The notes under the pieces are model-generated. The model was not told where the DNA came from, searched no databases, and saw only the letters and a list, made by a program, of their open reading frames with translations. The position numbers were made by a program, and so were the translations under genes. 64,000 bases of DNA, from positions 43,958,001 to 44,022,000 of the forward strand of contig OZ024754.1 of NCBI GenBank assembly GCA_964016885.1, written 5' to 3'. The DNA is from Eledone cirrhosa (taxonomy: Eukaryota). Numbering within the stretch: the stretch's first letter is position 1; every line of letters begins with the position of its first letter. Positions 17,521-52,677 of this stretch are shown here, in pieces.

Positions 17521-18759
17521 GGTTTTTGTGACCACCTGCATGGCTAGCTGCTGCCAGGTCTACTACTAAATAGTCCACAAATAATTATTTAATTCGTGTG
17601 GTTTCCCTTCACGGTTGAAGTCACTACTTTATTTACAAAACGTGCGGAGAAATGAAAGAATAAATAATAATTTCACGTCCTTGATATTTTGTATAACTTT
17701 GAATTTTAAATGCTCTGCTACCCGAACCAACCTGTAATACAAGCATAAAAATACCAATCCTATCCTATCCTAACGACTGACGCTCAGAAGGACAACCCCC
17801 TCCACCTACTTAATGTATTTATTCAACAATGTCATTTCTTCTCTTTCTTTTTAGTTTGTTGCAGTTTAAGACTTCAAATGTCCGGTATATAATATTTACA
17901 TATTTACAAAGGATTTCATAGTTAATCTGTCGTAATATTCCTAACTATTGCACCAGTTGTCCTATTGTTTTGTTTGTCTTTTAATATTTATTCTGTATCC
18001 AGTGATAACTCAGAAACATTCTTAAATATTTCAACATCTGATTAAATTTCTACTTTTCTGTCTGTCCAATTCATATTTACATACAATTAGTTTATGACTT
18101 GGCTCACGAAATATAGGGTTAAATGGGGTCCAATTGCCCCGGGCCTTCTGTAGTGGGGCGAGGGACACCAGCGACGGCCGTAGCAATCTATTTTGCTCTC
18201 AGCTGGGCTTTTTAGTTTTAGGATGATTAAAATTTTTTAATTTAATACATGTATGTATAAACATTGCAATTCCAATTACTTGTACCAAGCTAACTTGTAT
18301 TCTAATTGAAGTGAGAGCAGTCGATAGAGCGTCGCACAGCATGTTTTGCGGCATATAGTCACAGCTGTTTACATTGTGTTTAAATCCCGCTGGGGTTAGC
18401 TTTGCCTGTCATCCTTCCAGGGTCGATAAAATAAAGTACCAGTAACACACTGGAGTCAATTTCACCAACCTTCCCCTCCCCTTTAAATTGCTGACCTTCC
18501 ATACTTTAAATGCCAGCATGATTAATACTGTTCAAGATTGTATTACATAGTCTAAAAGTGCTTATCACAGTCTATTTTTATTTACAGTATATCATCCAGA
18601 TGCTGGTCTTTATTCTAGACGTATTTCTAGTTTATTTCTAAAGTTTGGCACCACTTGACAGGTAATTTTAAAGGTTATCTCTGCTATTTCATTGCTACAG
18701 CTCATTAATGGTTCTTGGTTCATGTTTATAGGTCTCGGCTTTCAGATGTCACAAGGGGT

Positions 18760-19216
18760 CAGAGGCGTAACTAGGGAAAATAACACCTATGGCAAGCAGT
18801 GAAATTGTGCTCCTGTCCTAATAATTGTTTCTACTATTGGCACAAGGCCAACAATTACTCAGTACATTACTGGTACTTTATTTTATCGACTCCGTAAGGA
18901 TGAAAGGCAAAGTTAATCTCGGCGGGATCTGACACCCATCTTTCAGATAACCATAAAATCAGCTCAGAAATACCGATCGCGTCCATTAATCCAGCCTCCT
19001 TAGTGCTTCTTCTCACCCATGATAGTCAAAGACAGATCATACATCTGAAGGAGTTTCTTTTTTCTCTCTCTGAAGATAGCTTATTTGACTTTAATAGAAA
19101 GTGGGGCCCCCTCCTCCTTCAAGTGGTGCCCCTCCCCTTCAAGTAGTGTCCCTCTCCCCCTTCAAGTGGCACTCAGGACACGTACCATAGTGTGCCATAC
19201 CCTAGTTACGCCTCTG
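18760..19216. mobile_element. hAT-like non-autonomous element containing a SINE fragment; diverged second copy at 19368-19688
   Basis: 17-bp TIR CAGAGGCGTAACTAGGG/CCCTAGTTACGCCTCTG; imperfect 8-bp flanks CAAGGGGT/GAAGGGGC. Internal sequence is shared with 19368-19688. Confidence 0.7.
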
Positions 19217-20095
19217 GAAGGGGCTAAATGTGGTGAACGTTCAGGTCTCTAAATGTCACCTCATGATGAGATCAAGTGCCCTTCAAACAGTTCTTTCAAA
19301 CAGGTCCATGTTTAGGGTATCAACGGAAGAAGGACATCAAATGATGAAGGGCAACAAGGGAAGAAGACAGAAGCATAACTAGAGAAAATAGCCCCTATGG
19401 CAAGCAGTGAAATTGTGCCCCTACCCAGCACTGTATATTTACCTATGGGCCTAACAATTTATATAAATGGTTTCATGATCCAGCCACCATAGTGTTCTCA
19501 CCCTTGACAACCACCATAGGGTTCTCACCCTTGATGGAGACAGATCATACATCTGAAGGAGTTTATTTTTTCTCTCTCCGACTAGACTTATTTGACTTTA
19601 ATAGAATGTATTCCAAGTCCAAGTGGCGCCCCCTTCATGTTGGGCCCATGCCACGTGCCAAGCTTACCCAACCCGAGTTACTCCCCTGGAAGAGGGGCAC
19701 CATTTTATTCAAATTATATATATTTGTTATTTCCCTCATAAAATTGTTTTGCAGACTATATATGTTAAGGGCATGAACAGCTCTTACTAATCTGACCTTG
19801 AGTATAACTGCTACGATTAATATTTTAAAGTATTACAATAGAGTTAAACTAGTAATAAAAATAAGTTAATCAATTATTAATGAAAGTTATTCGAGTATTT
19901 TAAATAGTGGTATTTTGCACTTGATTAGGTTTGTGAGCAGAGAAAACTGAACAATATACTGAGATTTTTCTGAATGTCGGTGAGTATGTCCAGCTGACCT
20001 CAGTCTCCTCTGTGTTACTTTCGAGCTGACGTTTGGGAGGCTCCCGTACAGCTCTGAGATCTTCATCCTTAGTATATAATGAGGGTTTATATGGG

Positions 20096-20153
<58 letters not shown>

Positions 20154-20212
20154 ATATATATATATATTTATATATATTTATATTTATATATATATATATT
20201 TATATATATATA

Positions 20213-20247
<35 letters not shown>

Positions 20248-20255
<8 letters not shown>

Positions 20256-20508
20256 GTGTAATAAACAACACAATACAATTATTCCATTTACCAAAGGTTT
20301 CACGAAGACAGGCGAGCTCAACAGAGACGTCTGAAATCGTTTACCAGAAGGAAAAATTTACGATTTCAGACGTTTCTGTTGAGCTCGCCTGTCTTCGTGA
20401 AACCTTTGGTACATGGAATGATTGTATTGTGCTGTTTATTACATATTTAAATAGCTCTTTAGAATACATAGAACACTCTCCTATCCTTTACTCTTTCTAC
20501 GGAAATAC

Positions 20509-20512
<4 letters not shown>
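20248..20512 (+). mobile_element. Fold-back element, GAAACCTTTGGTA family
   Basis: Inverted arms ~20250-20342 and ~20358-20447, then tail AGCTCT..CATAGAACACTCTC, between (TA)n tracts. Degenerate hammerhead on - strand (CTGGTAA..GAAACCTTTGGTA). Confidence 0.65.
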
Positions 20513-20605
<93 letters not shown>

Positions 20606-21735
20606 AGCTATGACAGATTAGGAACGGTATCTAATACTCTGGCAGTATCGGTAGAGCGTTGGACAACATGCTTCGTGGCATAGAGTTACAGCCCGTTACG
20701 TTCTGAGTTAAAATTCCACCGAGGTTAGCTTTGCCTTTCATCCTTACGGGGTAGATAAAATAAAGTACCAGTAATGTACTGGGGTCGATTTAATCGACTT
20801 TCCCCTCCACCCATAATTGCTGGCCTTGTGCCTAAATCATAAACAATTATTATGAATTAACTCTTTGCGGTTTAAAAATATAATATAATTCATTGAACAA
20901 TAATGATAAGGGGGGGGGGGGGGGGGGGCAACTCACCACCAAGTGCGACAATCAGCTGCACCTCACACCTCAAGGGTTAACTGCACAATTTGAGGCAAGC
21001 CAACACGCTCGCACCATTACCACGGGTGATGGCGAGGCTAAGGCGCTGAAATAACCAAGCACCCTCACAGACATCACCTGACACCACTAAGGTGAGGCTA
21101 AGGCACTGAAATAACCAGACACTTTTCCACGGGCATCACCTGACAGCTCAGTAAGGTGGGGGTGATGACGAGGCTAAGGCGCTGAAATAGCCAGGCACCT
21201 TTACGGGCATCACCTGACACCTCAATAAGGTGGGGGTGATGACGAGGCTAAGGCGCTGAAATAGCCAGGCACCTTTACGGGCATCACCTGACACCTCAAT
21301 AAGGTGGGGGTGATGACGAGGCTAAGGCGCTGAAATAGCCAGGCACCTTTACGGGCATCACCTGACACCTCAATAAGGTGGGGGTGATGACGAGGCTAGG
21401 CGCTGAAATAGCCAGGCATCCCCCAAAGGCATCACCTGACATCTCAGTAAGGCGAGTCGCCAGAGATGACATGAACTTCGCTGTCAGCGGCCCAACTCCA
21501 CCTAATATCTCGAACGTCACAAATCATTATTAAGCTGAGTTCAAATCCCGCCGGGGTTCACTTTGCCTTTCATCCATACGGGGTCGATAAAATAAAGTAC
21601 CAGTAATGTACTGGGGATTTTGCTGGCCTTGTGCCAAAAGTAGAAACAATTATTAAGAAATAAATAACGAGAGAGAGGATGAAAGGAGAGAAAGTGATGG
21701 AGTATGTTTAACTTGTATTTATATACATATATTAC

Positions 21736-21776
<41 letters not shown>

Positions 21777-21828
21777 TGCGTAGGTACGTATTGTGTGTAT
21801 ATATACAGCGTATACGTGTCTATATATG

Positions 21829-21902
<74 letters not shown>

Positions 21903-21927
21903 TAATATAAATAGATAAATAGATAGA

Positions 21928-22245
21928 TATATTTCTTTATTAGACACAAGGGCGCACAAGAAAAGGGGACAATACAAAGACACATGCCGGGGATTTTACA
22001 TACAGTCGTGTAAAAAATATAAAAACAAACAATTACAACAATCGAAATCCCCAATAGGGGGGGAGGCCCCACAAATGGGTTGTTTAATACCCCGAATACC
22101 CCGTCGAGAGAACATCCCTCAACTCCAGGAACGTGTTGTGCAAGTGTTCCTTTCTTCCTTTTGCTCTCTTCCTCAACCTACAGGCTTATAAACAGAGAAG
22201 GCCCAATCACTCGGGCCATTTTTGCTTCATTCACCCACCTTTCAG
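21928..22245 (-). mobile_element. Probable LINE 3' end (L1/Tx1-like); second copy at ~33245-33530
   Basis: Shared TTTCTTTATTA.CACAAGGG..ACAA end and GGCCCA.TCACTCGGGCCAT motif. Clade assignment is tentative. Confidence 0.4.
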
Positions 22246-22789
22246 TAGACAGATAGATAGATATGGTGAGAATTTTTTTCCTCTGTCTTTTCAACGAATC
22301 TGATCTCCAATTCACTCGCAAACCTCTCCCTTTTCTATAAATTTACTCTTTTTTTTACATGTATTACGCGTGTGTGTGTGTATATAATTATATATGTATG
22401 TATGTGTGTGTATATAATTATATATAAATGCAAAAACTCATGGCTAGAATAGCCGTTAATACAGCAAAATGCTGTTAAAGACAGTGATGGGCAAAAATGC
22501 CTCAGCGGACAGAGACCAGCGGCCAGTGGTCAACTGAGAGACAATCCACAAGGTGGGTGACATACAAGTGTGTATGTATATATATATATATGTGTGTATG
22601 TATGTGTGTGTGCAGGTACGTGTATAATAAGATTGATTGATGGAAACAGAAAATGAATGAAAGAAATAGACGACGAATGGAAGTGAAAGAGGGCGAACAG
22701 GAGAAAAAAATGTAGTTATAGTACTTGATACTATAGAAGAAATATATCGGTAGTATATGAATTCAATTAACTACATCTCCCTCTTCACA

Positions 22790-22843
<54 letters not shown>

Positions 22844-23346
22844 ATATATATATCTATATATATACCGTGTGTATATATGTGTATTGCATGTGTAATATGT
22901 TGCATTTGTGGGGGTGAGTCGTAAATACTGAACGTTGATTGGCTGAACCTAGTACCTCCTCCTCCTCCCTCGCAACAATCCCCTCCTTTCACTACTTTAC
23001 ACCAGATTCCTTAATATTCACAGATAGACCGCAAAGTACTTTCGCCAAGGACACACACTTATATATATATATCTATATATATACCCTCACACACATATAT
23101 AGATAGATATTCTGTGAAGAACAAATCAATACAAAGACCTCATTCAAGAAATATATATATACACCAGCTGTGTTTGGTCAATTATACAGGAACAAACGTA
23201 AACCAAACAAGCCTTAAATTACTAACCTGAACACTATTGAGTGTGTCCGGAATAAAACGCATTTCCGTATCATTCTTACCTCACCCTGCCATATATATAT
23301 AATATATTATATATTTATCTACACCAACCATCAATTTTAGTGTAAA

Positions 23347-44052
<20,706 letters not shown>

Positions 44053-45010
44053 CTTTTCTGATACAACTTGACTTAGAATGACACAATGGTTGTCTCTTGG
44101 CTAGTTATTTAACCAGTCTCTAGTTGTTTACTGCTGTGTCTGTGTCTGTGTATGAGCATGTGTGTGTGTCTGTGTGTGAGCATGTGTGTGTGTCTGTGTG
44201 TGTGCGTGTGTGTGTATGAGCATGTGTGTATGTGTATGTATGTCTGTGAGAATGTGTCTATGTATGTGAGCATGTGTGTGTGTGTGTATGAGTCTGTGTG
44301 TATCTGTGTATGTTAGCATGTGTATGTTAGCATGTGTGTGTGTGTGTATGAGTCTGTGTATGTTAGCATGTGTATGTTAGCATGTGTGTGTGTGTGTATG
44401 AGTCTGTGTATGTTAGCATGTGTATGTTAGCATGTGTGTGTGTGTGTACTTGTGTTCTATCCCTGACTTCTTTCTAAGAAATCACAACTTTATGCTTTTA
44501 CTTGTTTGCTTTGAGGCAAATATAATCTTTTAGAAACACAACTTACTACATACTTTCTCATCTCCCACAACACACACTCCCACACCACCCCACCACCACC
44601 ACCCTGTCATCACTACCCCCACCACCTCCATTCCACCATCACCACCCCACCCACCATCACGATTATGACAATCATCACCATAATCATCTATGTCATCAAC
44701 ATATATACATATATATATATACATATATATATACATATATAAACATATATAATCATATATAAACATATATATATACATATATAAACATATATATATAGTT
44801 TTAATATAGATGAGATTCTACAGGACTAGAACTGTTTCATTCTTTATATATATATATATATACACATATATATATATTTACTTAGAAAGTGAACAACACA
44901 AAATATAACTACTCCATTACCAAAGGTTTCTGGGTCCCAGACGATAATAATGTCTTTATCAGTCGTCAGAAAGAGATGTTATCCACAATAATTACATTGT
45001 GTTATTTATG

Positions 45011-45068
<58 letters not shown>

Positions 45069-45596
45069 CATAATAAATAAATAACACAATGTAATTATTT
45101 CATTACCAAAGGTTTCAAGGAAGTAGACAATTCTGAGCACTTGGGAAGGCATGTCTTCTGTTTTACTGCGTAACATCAAAGATCTCCATCCTATATAATT
45201 ATCTTTGAGAGGTTCAGTTGCACAAGGTCAGCTTTTATCACCTCGTCCCAGTTCTTCCTACTCCAAGGCTTCCATCAATTTTGATCTCCCTGCATTTTTT
45301 TTATATAGCTGTCATCCTTCATATGCATCACATGACTATAATAATGTATTTGACTTGCCTAATTCCCCACTTTCTGGGTTGGGCTCAAAACTTTTCCCCT
45401 CACCCCCATATATATATATATATATCATCATTTTACGTGATGATGATGATATATATATATATATATTTATAATTAGAGATCAATTAACATATATATAAAA
45501 TAGACATATCAAACATTGACAGGGGATAATTTGTGAAGAGTGTAAACACACATATTTACAGAGGTAGAATTAATATGCTACCTCTGTAACTATGTT

Positions 45597-45630
<34 letters not shown>

Positions 45631-46381
45631 TGAAATTTCCGTTGAAAACAGAAAAGGTCATAGAAGTGAAGAGTGCTCTATGTAAGTACCAGAGCAAAAT
45701 TTAATGTATAAAAATCAATACAATATAATTACCTCATTACCAGAGGTTTTCCGAATGAGGCGAATACGAAAGAAACGTCTTCATTCGTTCGTCAGACATG
45801 GCTAAATACTTGGAAAGTCTCAAGAAAAACAAAAAAAAATATATATATATATATATATCATTCGACCTCTAATTTGTCATAAATGCTCAGATTTAATCCT
45901 TAGAATCTTTGAACTTCTACAGGTGGTTTGTTTGTGATTTTCTCAGACATGACATCTATAATTTAGTTAGTATTATATAGCGGTGGATTGACAGTATCGG
46001 TAGAGGGTTGGACGCCATGCTAGGGCGGTAGATTGGCAGTATCGGTAGAGGGTTGGACGCCATGCTTTCCAGCATAGTTACGTCCCTTTATGATCTGAGT
46101 TCAAATCCCGCCGAGGTTGATTTTGCCTTTAATCCTTACAGGGGTCGATGAAATAAAGTACCAGTAATGCACTGGGGTAATTGCTGGCCTTGTGCCTAAA
46201 GTAGAAACAATTATATAAATATATCTAGATATTAACACCTTTGTTCAACGTAATACTCAATACTTCAGAAAGTAGATTTTCTGCCTGAGTTCTTGCAGTC
46301 GTGACTATATGTATGTAATATGGCAGCTCTGTCTAACTTAAAACTTATGATCAAGACAATTCTATTGAATCTCATGCTTAA

Positions 46382-46700
46382 CTCTTAACATCCAGACCAC
46401 ATTAAACCACATTAGTAAAACATTCGTGAAAAGTATAAAACACTATGACTGCATCACATTTAAAATTAAAGTCTTTACTTTAGTTTTACTACACATTTTC
46501 ACAACAATCTGTCCTCAAGTTGCATATGCAATATTATTTTTAGAAAAAATGACTGCATTATATTAAAAATTCAGGTCTTTACTCTAATAGTGCACATTTT
46601 CACAACAATCTGTCTACTAGTAAAGGTATGATAAAGATTTGAATTACCAAACCTGTTTTTTTTAGATATTTTCTGCTAAATCATTTGGGGATGTTAAGAG
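46382..46700. mobile_element. Second piggyBac-type MITE
   Basis: TTAA|CTCTTAACATCC...GGATGTTAAGAG|TTAA, directly beside a copy of the first family (46712-46908). Confidence 0.7.
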
Positions 46701-49700
46701 TTAATCTTTAACCCTTTAGTATTTACATTATTTTATATATACTATTGTATTTTCACAGTAAAGGCTTTATCTCACCTAATATCGAATCTATGAGATTTGA
46801 TATTATTTATTTTGAGAACAATACGTTAATATCAGTATGATTGGCCGGTTACGACTAGTTTGAACAGAAAGATGCGAGAGAATTCTGGCTGGTTTAAATG
46901 CTAAAGGGTTAAAATATCTGTTTTCTTATGGATATCTTCCATAGTAGCACGAATCTTCAGACAAAATCATGCTTATAAAAGATCTCAGGAGTTTTTACAA
47001 AAAAGAGAAGTTTATTGTTTTCCATGTATTGCTTTTGTTGTTTTGTTTTGGGGACATCCCTCTGTAATTATTATTTTGTTCAAATAAAATAATTGCAAAT
47101 AATCTTTTTTTTCTATATTGTTTTGTTTTATGTTTAAATAATTCGATTAACTATTTACTTACCAGTATGACAACTGTCTCTATCTCCCTTCTATCTATGT
47201 TACTATTTACTGATATCTCATTCCTGTACTCTGAATGGATTTTATCATGGCACCAACACAAGGGAGGTTGCCATGTCACATGATACAACTGAAGAGTACT
47301 TTTGAGTGTATGTTTCATAGGTTTTCTTGGCTGGATGCCCTTATCATCAACCACTTTATAGAGTGTACTGGGTGTATTTGTGTTTTCATGTGTTTGATAC
47401 AACTAAAGAGTCCTGCCAACCCTTTGTTTGGCAGGTTTTCCCTGGTTAGATGCCTACCCTATTACCAACCACTTTACACAGAGCACTGGTTGACAGGTTG
47501 CTGTTTGGCAACCCGAAATTAAGCAGATTAAGACTCCAACTTCCTTTTATGACCATCACATCTATTTTTGTTTTGCAAATTTAGAACATCTAAGTCTACA
47601 CCTGCCAGTGTCTTCTTCCTTGTTTAAATAGTTAGGTATGATTTGGGAGGCATTTGACTCTTATTTCTAGCAAGTTGAGTAAGCTATTAAACATTGGTGT
47701 GACATATTGCACTGGAGGGGATGGTAGTCCACCACAAACTGAGCTCATCCAGATGTGTGACCTAATGAAATATTTGTCAGGTAAACACCTCTGTTGTTTA
47801 CAGCTGCAATACCAGCCTCAAAGGTCACAAGAATTACCATTTCTCACCTGACTACCAGCCTCGGAGGTCACAAGAACCGTCATTTCTCTTCTCACCTGAC
47901 TACCAACCTCAAAGGTCGCAACAACTGCCATTTCTCACCTGACTATTGATAACGCAATAAAATATAAATCTTCAGCTAATAATTTAATTAACTCAAACAA
48001 CGTTTTAATAAACAACAAGAACCTTACATTCAACGTAGAATAAATTTTTTTAAATTTCTTTATTTACATATCAACTGTCTCTTTGAGACTACACAGAACT
48101 GCATTTAAAAATGTTACAGAATAAAAGACATTTATTATTATTATTTTTTGGTTCACATTTTCTTTTAATACAAGAAAAGAAAGGAAAATATAACTGCTAT
48201 ATATAAAAAGAAAACAACAAAAAAAGCATCAAAGATTTTTTTTTAGGCAAGGATTGAAAGCTAAAGTATGAGGAAAAATATGTCTGAGAACGAAGATCTA
48301 ACAATTAAGGTGTAAAAATGAAGCAGTTTAAATATTTGTTTGAAAGAAGAGCAGCAGAGTTTTGTATATTGATGTGTTGGCTACCATATTTGTGATCAAT
48401 GGAGGTCTCAGTTCACTCACGAATCAGAACACAGCTGCATGAGAAGACTAACATATGATGCAAGGAAAAACCTGATTATATCCAATAGAGAAACAGAGCT
48501 GCATTTATTACAGCTTCGAAACAAAATCTTGCCTTTTGATTGGTCAAGAATCATGTCACATGTTCAACATATATTTCGAAATGAAACAATTGTATATTTG
48601 GTATTAAAAAAAAAAAAAAAAAAATGGTTCTTCCTAAAACGTTCCCTCCTCAGTGTTCAACATAGAACTGAGCTAGAGGGTGTTTCACTGCCGTTCACCT
48701 CCAGGAGTATGTAAAATTGTAACTGCACCTCTGGTGATATTGTAGTCGTGTTACCCAATGGACACAAATGATTGGCATGTCTGGATCACCTCTGTCAACC
48801 AAATTGGACATCATACACACCTATATATCATACCAGGTGTCCATCAGTTTCATTTATCATAGTTTTTGGACACAATTCTATCTCCTGGCTCCAAAGGACA
48901 GCTTCTTGCTCCATGTTATCAGTTCAACTGGAGTTCCATGTTTTTGTTTCAGTAACCATTGTCACCAGTTTCAGAGGTCAGGCAGTTCCGGATACTTGTG
49001 ACCTTCCTGCCAAACGTTCTCCTGCCAAATGACCCTCACACATTTCAGTTTGGTGTTGTTTGGTAAATTAGCAGAAAATTTGACAGTTCTTTGACCAGAA
49101 TGACTTGTAATTTGTTGGCTTGTGTGGGTAAGATTGCTTGAGTCACTGTGGGTCGATTTTGTTCCAGCATGGCTGTATTGCTTTTTAGGTTGACCAACAG
49201 CTGCCATGCTACTGTCACAGTTTGTAGTGTGAGGTCATAATTGTTCAAGTTTTAATTGCCCATTCCTCACCCAATAAGCAAACACATCAATGATGACTGT
49301 TGAACTCAAGATGATGATCAGTTTTGAATAAATGCATGCCCTGCTCAAACAACAGCAGAAATATTTTGAACAGGCTATGCTTGTCAACGACAACCACAAT
49401 ATTTAACAAATGGAGCTTGTGCAGAGAAGAGAGGAAGAGGGTGGTAATACTAGGAATAATTCTTTCTAATATTAGCACAAGGCTAGTGAAATATATCGAG
49501 CCCAGTTCATTACTGGTACCTTACTTTATCAACTCTCGAAGGATGAAAGGCAAAGTTGACCATGGCAGGATTTGAACTCAGAATGTCAAGGGTAGTAACT
49601 CTATGCTGCAAGCCTTTTTGTCCAATGCTCTACCGAATCAGACAATCCCTTGCTCTATTCATTATGGTAATAATGGTTTCTTATATAGGCACAAGGCCAG

Positions 49701-50092
49701 CAATTTTGGGGAAGGGAAAAAAAAAAAAAAATCGATTAAATCGACCCAGTGCATTACTGGTACTTTATTTTATTAACCTCGTTAAGGATGAAAGGCAAAG
49801 CTAACCTCGGCAGGATTTGAACTCAGAATGTAAAGGGAGATAACTATATGCCACTAAGCATGGTGTTCGATGCTCTACTGATTCTGCCAACCCCCCACCC
49901 ATATAATAATAATAATAACAACAATGGTTTCTGAATTAGGCACAAGGCCAACAATATTTTAGGGGAGGGGAAAGTCGATTAAATTCACCCCAGTGTATTA
50001 CAGGTACTTTATTTTATAAGTATAATAACAAAACAGCAATAACTTGGGAGTGTTCTGACATGTGTGAAGTGAGGTTTTAATGATTCCTCTAA

Positions 50093-51075
50093 GAAAGGGT
50101 TTTGGGGGCAATGGAATTATTGTTACCCCACCAGAAAGGGTTTTGGGAGCAATGGAATTATTGTTACCCCACCAGAAAGGGTTGCGGGGGCAATGGAATC
50201 ATTGTTACCCCACCAGAAAGAGTTGTGGGGGCAATGGAATCATTGTTACCCCACCAGAAAGGGTTGTGGGGGCAATGGAATCATTGTTACCCCACCAGAA
50301 AGGGTTTTGGGGCCAATGGAATCATTGTTATCCCACCAGAAAGGTTGTGGGGGCAATGGAATTATTGTTACCCCACCAGAAAGGGTTTTGGGGGCAATGG
50401 AATCATTGTTATCCCACCAGAAAGGTTGTGGGGGCAATGGAATTATTGTTACCCCACCAGAAAGGGTTTTGGGGGCAATGGAATCATTGTTACCCCACCA
50501 GAAAGGGTTTTGGGGGCAATGGAATCATTGTTATCCCACCAGAAATGGTTTTGGGGCCAATGGAATCATTGTTATCCCACCAGAAAGGGTTGTGGGGGCA
50601 ATGGAATCATTGTTACCCCACCAGAAAGGGTTTTGGGGCCAATGGAATCATTGTTATCCCACCAGAAAGGTTGTGGGGGCAATGGAATTATTGTTACCCC
50701 ACCAGAAAGGGTTTTGGGGGCAATGGAATCATTGTTACCCCACCAGAAAGGGTTTTGGGGGCAATGGAATCATTGTTATCCCACCAGAAAGGGTTTTGGC
50801 GGCAATGGAATCATTGTTACCCCACCAGAAAGGGTTTTGGGGGCAATGGAATCATTGTTATCCCACCAGAAATGGTTTTGGCGGCAATGGAATCATTGTT
50901 ACCCCACCAGAAAGGGTTTTGGGGGCAATGGAATCATTGTTATCCCACCAGAAAGGGTTTTGGCGGCAATGGAATCATTGTTACCCCACCAGAAAGGGTT
51001 TTGGGGGCAATGGAATCATTGTTACCCCACCAGAAAGGGTTGTAGGCCAATGGAATCAATGTTACCCCACAAGAA
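50093..51075. repeat. 40/41-bp minisatellite, ~24 copies
   Basis: Unit CAGAAAGGGTTTTGGGGGCAATGGAATCATTGTTACCCCAC. Confidence 0.96.
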
Positions 51076-52677
51076 AAGTTCTTTGTGTTGGCAAGATCTT
51101 TTTTTTTTCAGATAAATGATTCATGAAAAAAAAAATCAAAATCAATAAATATATCAAAAAAGAAAAGCAGTGTGTATGTGTGTGTGTCCCCTTGTGTATA
51201 TGTCTGTGTGTGTGATTGTATGTGTGTTTATGTCTGTGTGTCTGTATGTGAGTGTTTATGTCTGTGTGTGTGTTTATGTCTGTGTGTGTGTTTATGTCTG
51301 TGTGTGTGTGTTTCTGTCTGTGTGTGTGTGTTTCTGTCTGTGTCTGTGTGTTTCTGTCTGTGTGTCTGTATGTGTGTGTGTGTGTTTATGTCTGTGTGTG
51401 TTTATGTCTGTGTGTGTGTGTGTGTGTGTGTTTATGTATGTGTGTGTGGATGGAGTGGAACTGAGCAGAATTTAAGACGGAGTTAAATTTTGTTGAAATT
51501 GTGTTGTGTTGAGATAGGGAGAGGGAGAGAGAGAGTGAGTGCTACTGAGAGAGGGGGAGAGAGTATGAGGCAGAGTAAGAGTGATAGACAGATAAATATA
51601 GAGAGGGGGAGAAAGAAATATAGAGTGGGGTGAGAGAGTGGAATAAAGGGGGAGCTGAGAACATTATTGATGTCAGGTTAAGTCTATATATGGTACTGTG
51701 TATATATACAGGAGTGTATATATGATGTGTGTATATATTGAGGAGTGTATATATGATACTGTGTATATATACAGGAGTTTATATATGATGTATATATGAT
51801 ACTGTGTATATATTCAGGGGTGTATATATGATGTGTGTATATATTCAGGAGTGTATACATGATGTGTGTATATATACAGGAGTGTATATATGATGTGTAC
51901 ATACATATACAGAAGTAGATAATACTGTGTGTATATTCAGGAGTGTATATATGATGTGTGTATAATACTGTGTGTATATTCATGAGTGTATATATATGAT
52001 GTGTGTATAATACTTTGTGTATAATACTGTATATATTCATGAGTGTATATATATATATGTATACGATACTGTGTGTATATTCATGAGTGTATATATATGA
52101 AGTGTGGATAATATTCAGGAGTGTATATATATAAAGTGTGTATAATATTCAGGAGTGTATATATGATATGTATACGATACTGTGTGTATATGGTAGTGTA
52201 AGGTTGTGACAATATCAACAGTGTGATAATGAAGGTTTTATCACATAGAGTTTACAATATGATACTTTAGGCTTTACATACTGTGTCATTATTTTGTAGG
52301 GTATGTAGTGCGATAAAGTGGGTATCTGTGATTATACAGAGTGTACAGGGTGCAGTGTTGATGGAGCAATAATGTAGTGCAAATAGCATTAAATGAGCAA
52401 AGTGTGATACCTCTGTCAACAGTGTGATATCTCACTGTCAACAGTGTGTGATATCTCTGTGTTGACAGTGTGATATCTCTGAGTTGACAGTGTGATATCT
52501 TTGTGTCAACAATGTGATATCTCTGTGTCAACAATGTGATCTCCCTGTGTTAACAGTGTGTGATACCTCTGTCAACAATGTGTGATATCTCTGTGTCGAC
52601 AGTGTGTGATAATGCTAAGTAAAGCAGACGATAATGTATAATTTACAAAAGTGTGACTAATAGTCTCTTGTTGATTA

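Noticed and set aside
50080-51119. Three overlapping 308-337 aa ORFs
   Set aside because: Translations of a stop-free 40/41-bp minisatellite; no domain and no splice context.
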